Below are positions 59,910-64,000 of a DNA stretch of 64,000 nucleotides, piece after piece. Location of the stretch: the NCBI GenBank assembly GCA_950097015.1, contig CATNEN010000038.1, forward strand, positions 29,326,001-29,390,000. Direction: 5' to 3'. This DNA is from Macrostomum hystrix. Lineage: Eukaryota > Animalia > Platyhelminthes. A program made the position numbers and the translations under genes. Each line of letters begins with the position of its first letter. Position 1 is the stretch's first letter. The notes under the pieces were generated by a model, which saw nothing but the letters and a program-made list of their open reading frames with translations, was not told the DNA's origin and made no database searches.

Positions 59910-62900
59910 CCATATCTACCATAGACTGGGATCTCATCAACAATATCATCCCATATCTACCATAGACTGGGATCTCATCAACAATCTCATCACGTATCTA
60001 CCATAGACTGGGATATCATCAACAATATCATCCCATATCTACCATAGACTGGGATATCATCAACAATCGCATCCCATATCTACCATAGACTGGGATATCA
60101 TCAACAATCCCATCCCATATCTACCATAGACTGGGATATCATCAACAATCTCATCCCATATCTACCATAGACTGGGATATCATCAACAATCGCATCCCAT
60201 ATCTACCATAGACTGGGATATCATCAACAATCCCATCCCATATCTACCATAGACTGGGATATCATCAACAATCTCATCCCATATCTACCATAGACTGGGA
60301 TCTCATCAACAATATCATCCCATATCTACCATAGACTGGGATCTCATCAACAATCTCATCACGTATCTACCATAGACTGGGATATCATCAACAATATCAT
60401 CCCATATCTACCATAGACTGGGATATCATCAACAATCCCATCCCATATCTACCATAGACTGAGATCACATCAACAATTTAATTTTATATCTACCATAGAC
60501 TGGGATCTCATTAACAATCTTATCCCATATCTACCATAGACTGGGATCTCATTAACAATCCCATCCCATGTCTACCATAGACTGGGATCTCATCAACAAC
60601 CTCATCCCATATCTACCATAGACTGGGATCTCATCAACAATCCCATCCCATATCTACCATAGACTGGGATCTCATTAACAATCTCATCCCATATCTACCA
60701 TAGACTGGGATCTCATTAACAATCCCATCCCATGTCTACCATAGACTGGGATCTCATCAACAACCTCATCCCATATCTACCATAGACTGGGATCTCATCA
60801 ACAATCCCATCCCATATCTACCATAGACTGGGATCTCATTAACAATCCCATCCCATGTCTACCATAGACTGGGATCTCATCAACAACCTCATCCCATATC
60901 TACCATAGACTGGGATCTCATTAACAATCCCATCCCATATCTACCATAGACTGGGATCTCATCAACAATCCCATCCCATATCTACCATAGACTGGGATCT
61001 CATCAACAATCCCATCCCATATCTACCATAGACTGGGATCTCATTAACAATCCCATCCCATGTCTACCATAGACTGGGATCTCATCAACAATTCCATCCC
61101 ATATCTACCATAGACTGGGATCTCATTAACAATCCCATCCCATGTCTACCATAGACTGGGATCTCATCAACAATCTCATCCCATATCTACCATAGACTGG
61201 GATCTCATCAACAATCTCATCCCATATCTACCATAGACTGGGATATCATCAACAATCTCATCCCATATCTACCATAGACTGGGATATCATCAACAATCTC
61301 ATCCCATATCTACCATAGACTGGGATCTCATCAACAATCTCATCCCATATCTACCATAGACTGGGATCTCATCAACAATCTCATCCCATATCTACCATAG
61401 ACTGGGATATTATCAACAATCTCATCCCATTTCTACCATAGACTGGGATATTATCAACAATCTCATCCCATATCTACCATAGACTGGGATATTATCAACA
61501 ATATCATCCCATATCTACCATAGACTGGGATATCATCAACAATCTTATCCCATATCTACCATAGACTGGGATCTCATCAACAATATCATCCCATATCTAC
61601 CATAGACTGGGATCTTATCAACAATATCATCCCATATCTACCATAGACTGGGATCTTATCAAAAATCTCATCCCATATCTACCATAGACTGGGATCTCAT
61701 CAACAATCTCATCCCATATCTACCATAGACTGGGATCTCATCAACAATCTCATCCCATATCTACCATAGACTGGGATCTTATTAACAATCCCATCCCATA
61801 TCTACCATAGACTGGGATCTCATCAACAATCCCATCCCATATCTACCATAGACTGGGATCTCATCAACAATCTCATCCCATATCTACCATAGACTGGGAT
61901 CTTATTAACAATCCCATCCCATATCTACCATAGACTGGGATCTTATCAACAATATCATCCCATATCTACCATAGACTGGGATCTTATCAAAAATCTCATC
62001 CCATATCTACCATAGACTGGGATCTCATCAACAATATCATCCCATATCTACCATAGACTGGGATCTCATCAACAATCTCATCACGTATCTACCATAGACT
62101 GGGATATCATCAACAATATCATCCCATATCTACCATAGACTGGGATATCATCAACAATCCCATCCCATATCTACCATAGACTGAGATCACATCAACAATT
62201 TAATTTTATATCTACCATAGACTGGGATCTCATTAACAATCTTATCCCATATCTACCATAGACTGGGATCTCATTAACAATCCCATCCCATGTCTACCAT
62301 AGACTGGGATCTCATCAACAACCTCATCCCATATCTACCATAGACTGGGATCTCATCAACAATCCCATCCCATATCTACCATAGACTGGGATCTCATCAA
62401 CAATCTCATCCCATATCTACCATAGACTGGGATCTCATTAACAATCCCATCCCATGTCTACCATAGACTGGGATCTCATCAACAACCTCATCCCATATCT
62501 ACCATAGACTGGGATCTCATCAACAATCCCATCCCATATCTACCATAGACTGGGATCTCATTAACAATCCCATCCCATGTCTACCATAGACTGGGATCTC
62601 ATCAACAACCTCATCCCATATCTACCATAGACTGGGATCTCATTAACAATCCCATCCCATATCTACCATAGACTGGGATCTCATCAACAATCCCATCCCA
62701 TATCTACCATAGACTGGGATCTCATCAACAATCCCATCCCATATCTACCATAGACTGGGATCTCATTAACAATCCCATCCCATGTCTACCATAGACTGGG
62801 ATCTCATCAACAATTCCATCCCATATCTACCATAGACTGGGATCTCATTAACAATCCCATCCCATGTCTACCATAGACTGGGATCTCATCAACAATCTCA

Positions 62901-63875
62901 TCCCATATCTACCATAGACTGGGATCTCATCAACAATCTCATCCCATATCTACCATAGACTGGGATATCATCAACAATCTCATCCCATATCTACCATAGA
63001 CTGGGATATCATCAACAATCTCATCCCATATCTACCATAGACTGGGATCTCATCAACAATCTCATCCCATATCTACCATAGACTGGGATCTCATCGACAA
63101 TCTCATCCCATATCTACCATAGACTGGGATATTATCAACAATCTCATCCCATATCTACCATAGACTGGGATATTATCAACAATCTCATCCCATATCTACC
63201 ATAGACTGGGATATTATCAACAATATCATCCCATATCTACCATAGACTGGGATATCATCAACAATCTCATCCCATATCTACCATAGACTGGGATCTCATC
63301 AACAATATCATCCCATATCTACCATAGACTGGGATCTTATCAACAATATCATCCCATATCTACCATAGACTGGGATCTTATCAAAAATCTCATCCCATAT
63401 CTACCATAGACTGGGATCTCATCAACAATCTCATCCCATATCTACCATAGACTGGGATCTCATCAACAATCTCATCCCATATCTACCATAGACTGGGATC
63501 TTATTAACAATCCCATCCCATATCTACCATAGACTGGGATCTCATCAACAATCCCATCCCATATCTACCATAGACTGGGATCTCATCAACAATCTCATCC
63601 CATATCTACCATAGACTGGGATCTTATTAACAATCCCATCCCATATCTACCATAGACTGGGATCTTATTAACAATCCCATCCCATATCTACCATAGACTG
63701 GGATCTTATTAACAATCCCATCCCATATCTACCATAGACTGGGATCTCATTAACAATCTCATCCCATATCTACCATAGACTGGGATCTCATCAACAATCT
63801 CATCCCATATCTACCATAGACTGGAATCTCATCAACAATCTCATCCCATATCTACCATAGACTGGGATCTCATCA
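59910..63875. repeat. 41-bp satellite (CCATATCTACCATAGACTGGGATCTCATCAACAATCTCATC) upstream of hemicentin
   Basis: 41-bp period; a rare variant block recurs 1722 bp apart (60461 and 62183). Confidence 0.97.
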
Positions 63876-64000
63876 AGATCGTGAGTCCTAATTCTGCCTC
63901 ATATTTTTCCCAGATTGCCAAATTTATTTTAGCTCGATTAAAAATCTATTTGCACTGCTGTCCTCAAATGTTTAGTAGTATTTTTGCCTAACTACGTAAA

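Overview
Eukaryotic (metazoan) genomic DNA with GT-AG introns. The minimal introns are about 70-90 nt and the minisatellite load is very high. These traits plus the NDRG sequence style suggest a flatworm such as Macrostomum, which is an inference I cannot confirm. Four spliced genes can be rebuilt by hand. (1) The 3' part of an oxalate:formate-antiporter-like MFS transporter (+, 9800-14165; its 5' exons lie upstream of the window). (2) A DC-STAMP-domain, C-terminal Cys8 RING protein of the DCST1/2-Sneaky-SPE-42 fertilisation family (-, 24512-17164). (3) An NDRG-family alpha/beta-hydrolase-fold gene (+, 28922-34530) with two candidate symmetric cassette exons. (4) A compact hemicentin-like gene (-, 59354-39113): vWA, about 20 Ig, one TSP1, EGFs and a fibulin C-terminus, with no G2F. 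Mobile DNA includes an intact DD34D mariner, a deleted Tc1-like element, a hAT MITE, several other MITEs, two tRNA-derived SINE families (one CORE-like) and a BEL/Pao LTR remnant. The most striking pattern is about 20 different tandem arrays (units 5-63 bp, many exactly 20 bp). Most occupy one intron each and sit next to a splice site, often adding to a residual minimal-size intron. Several share a TCTAC-N-AGACT core or internal palindromes. Most ORF-track entries are repeat or antisense artefacts.
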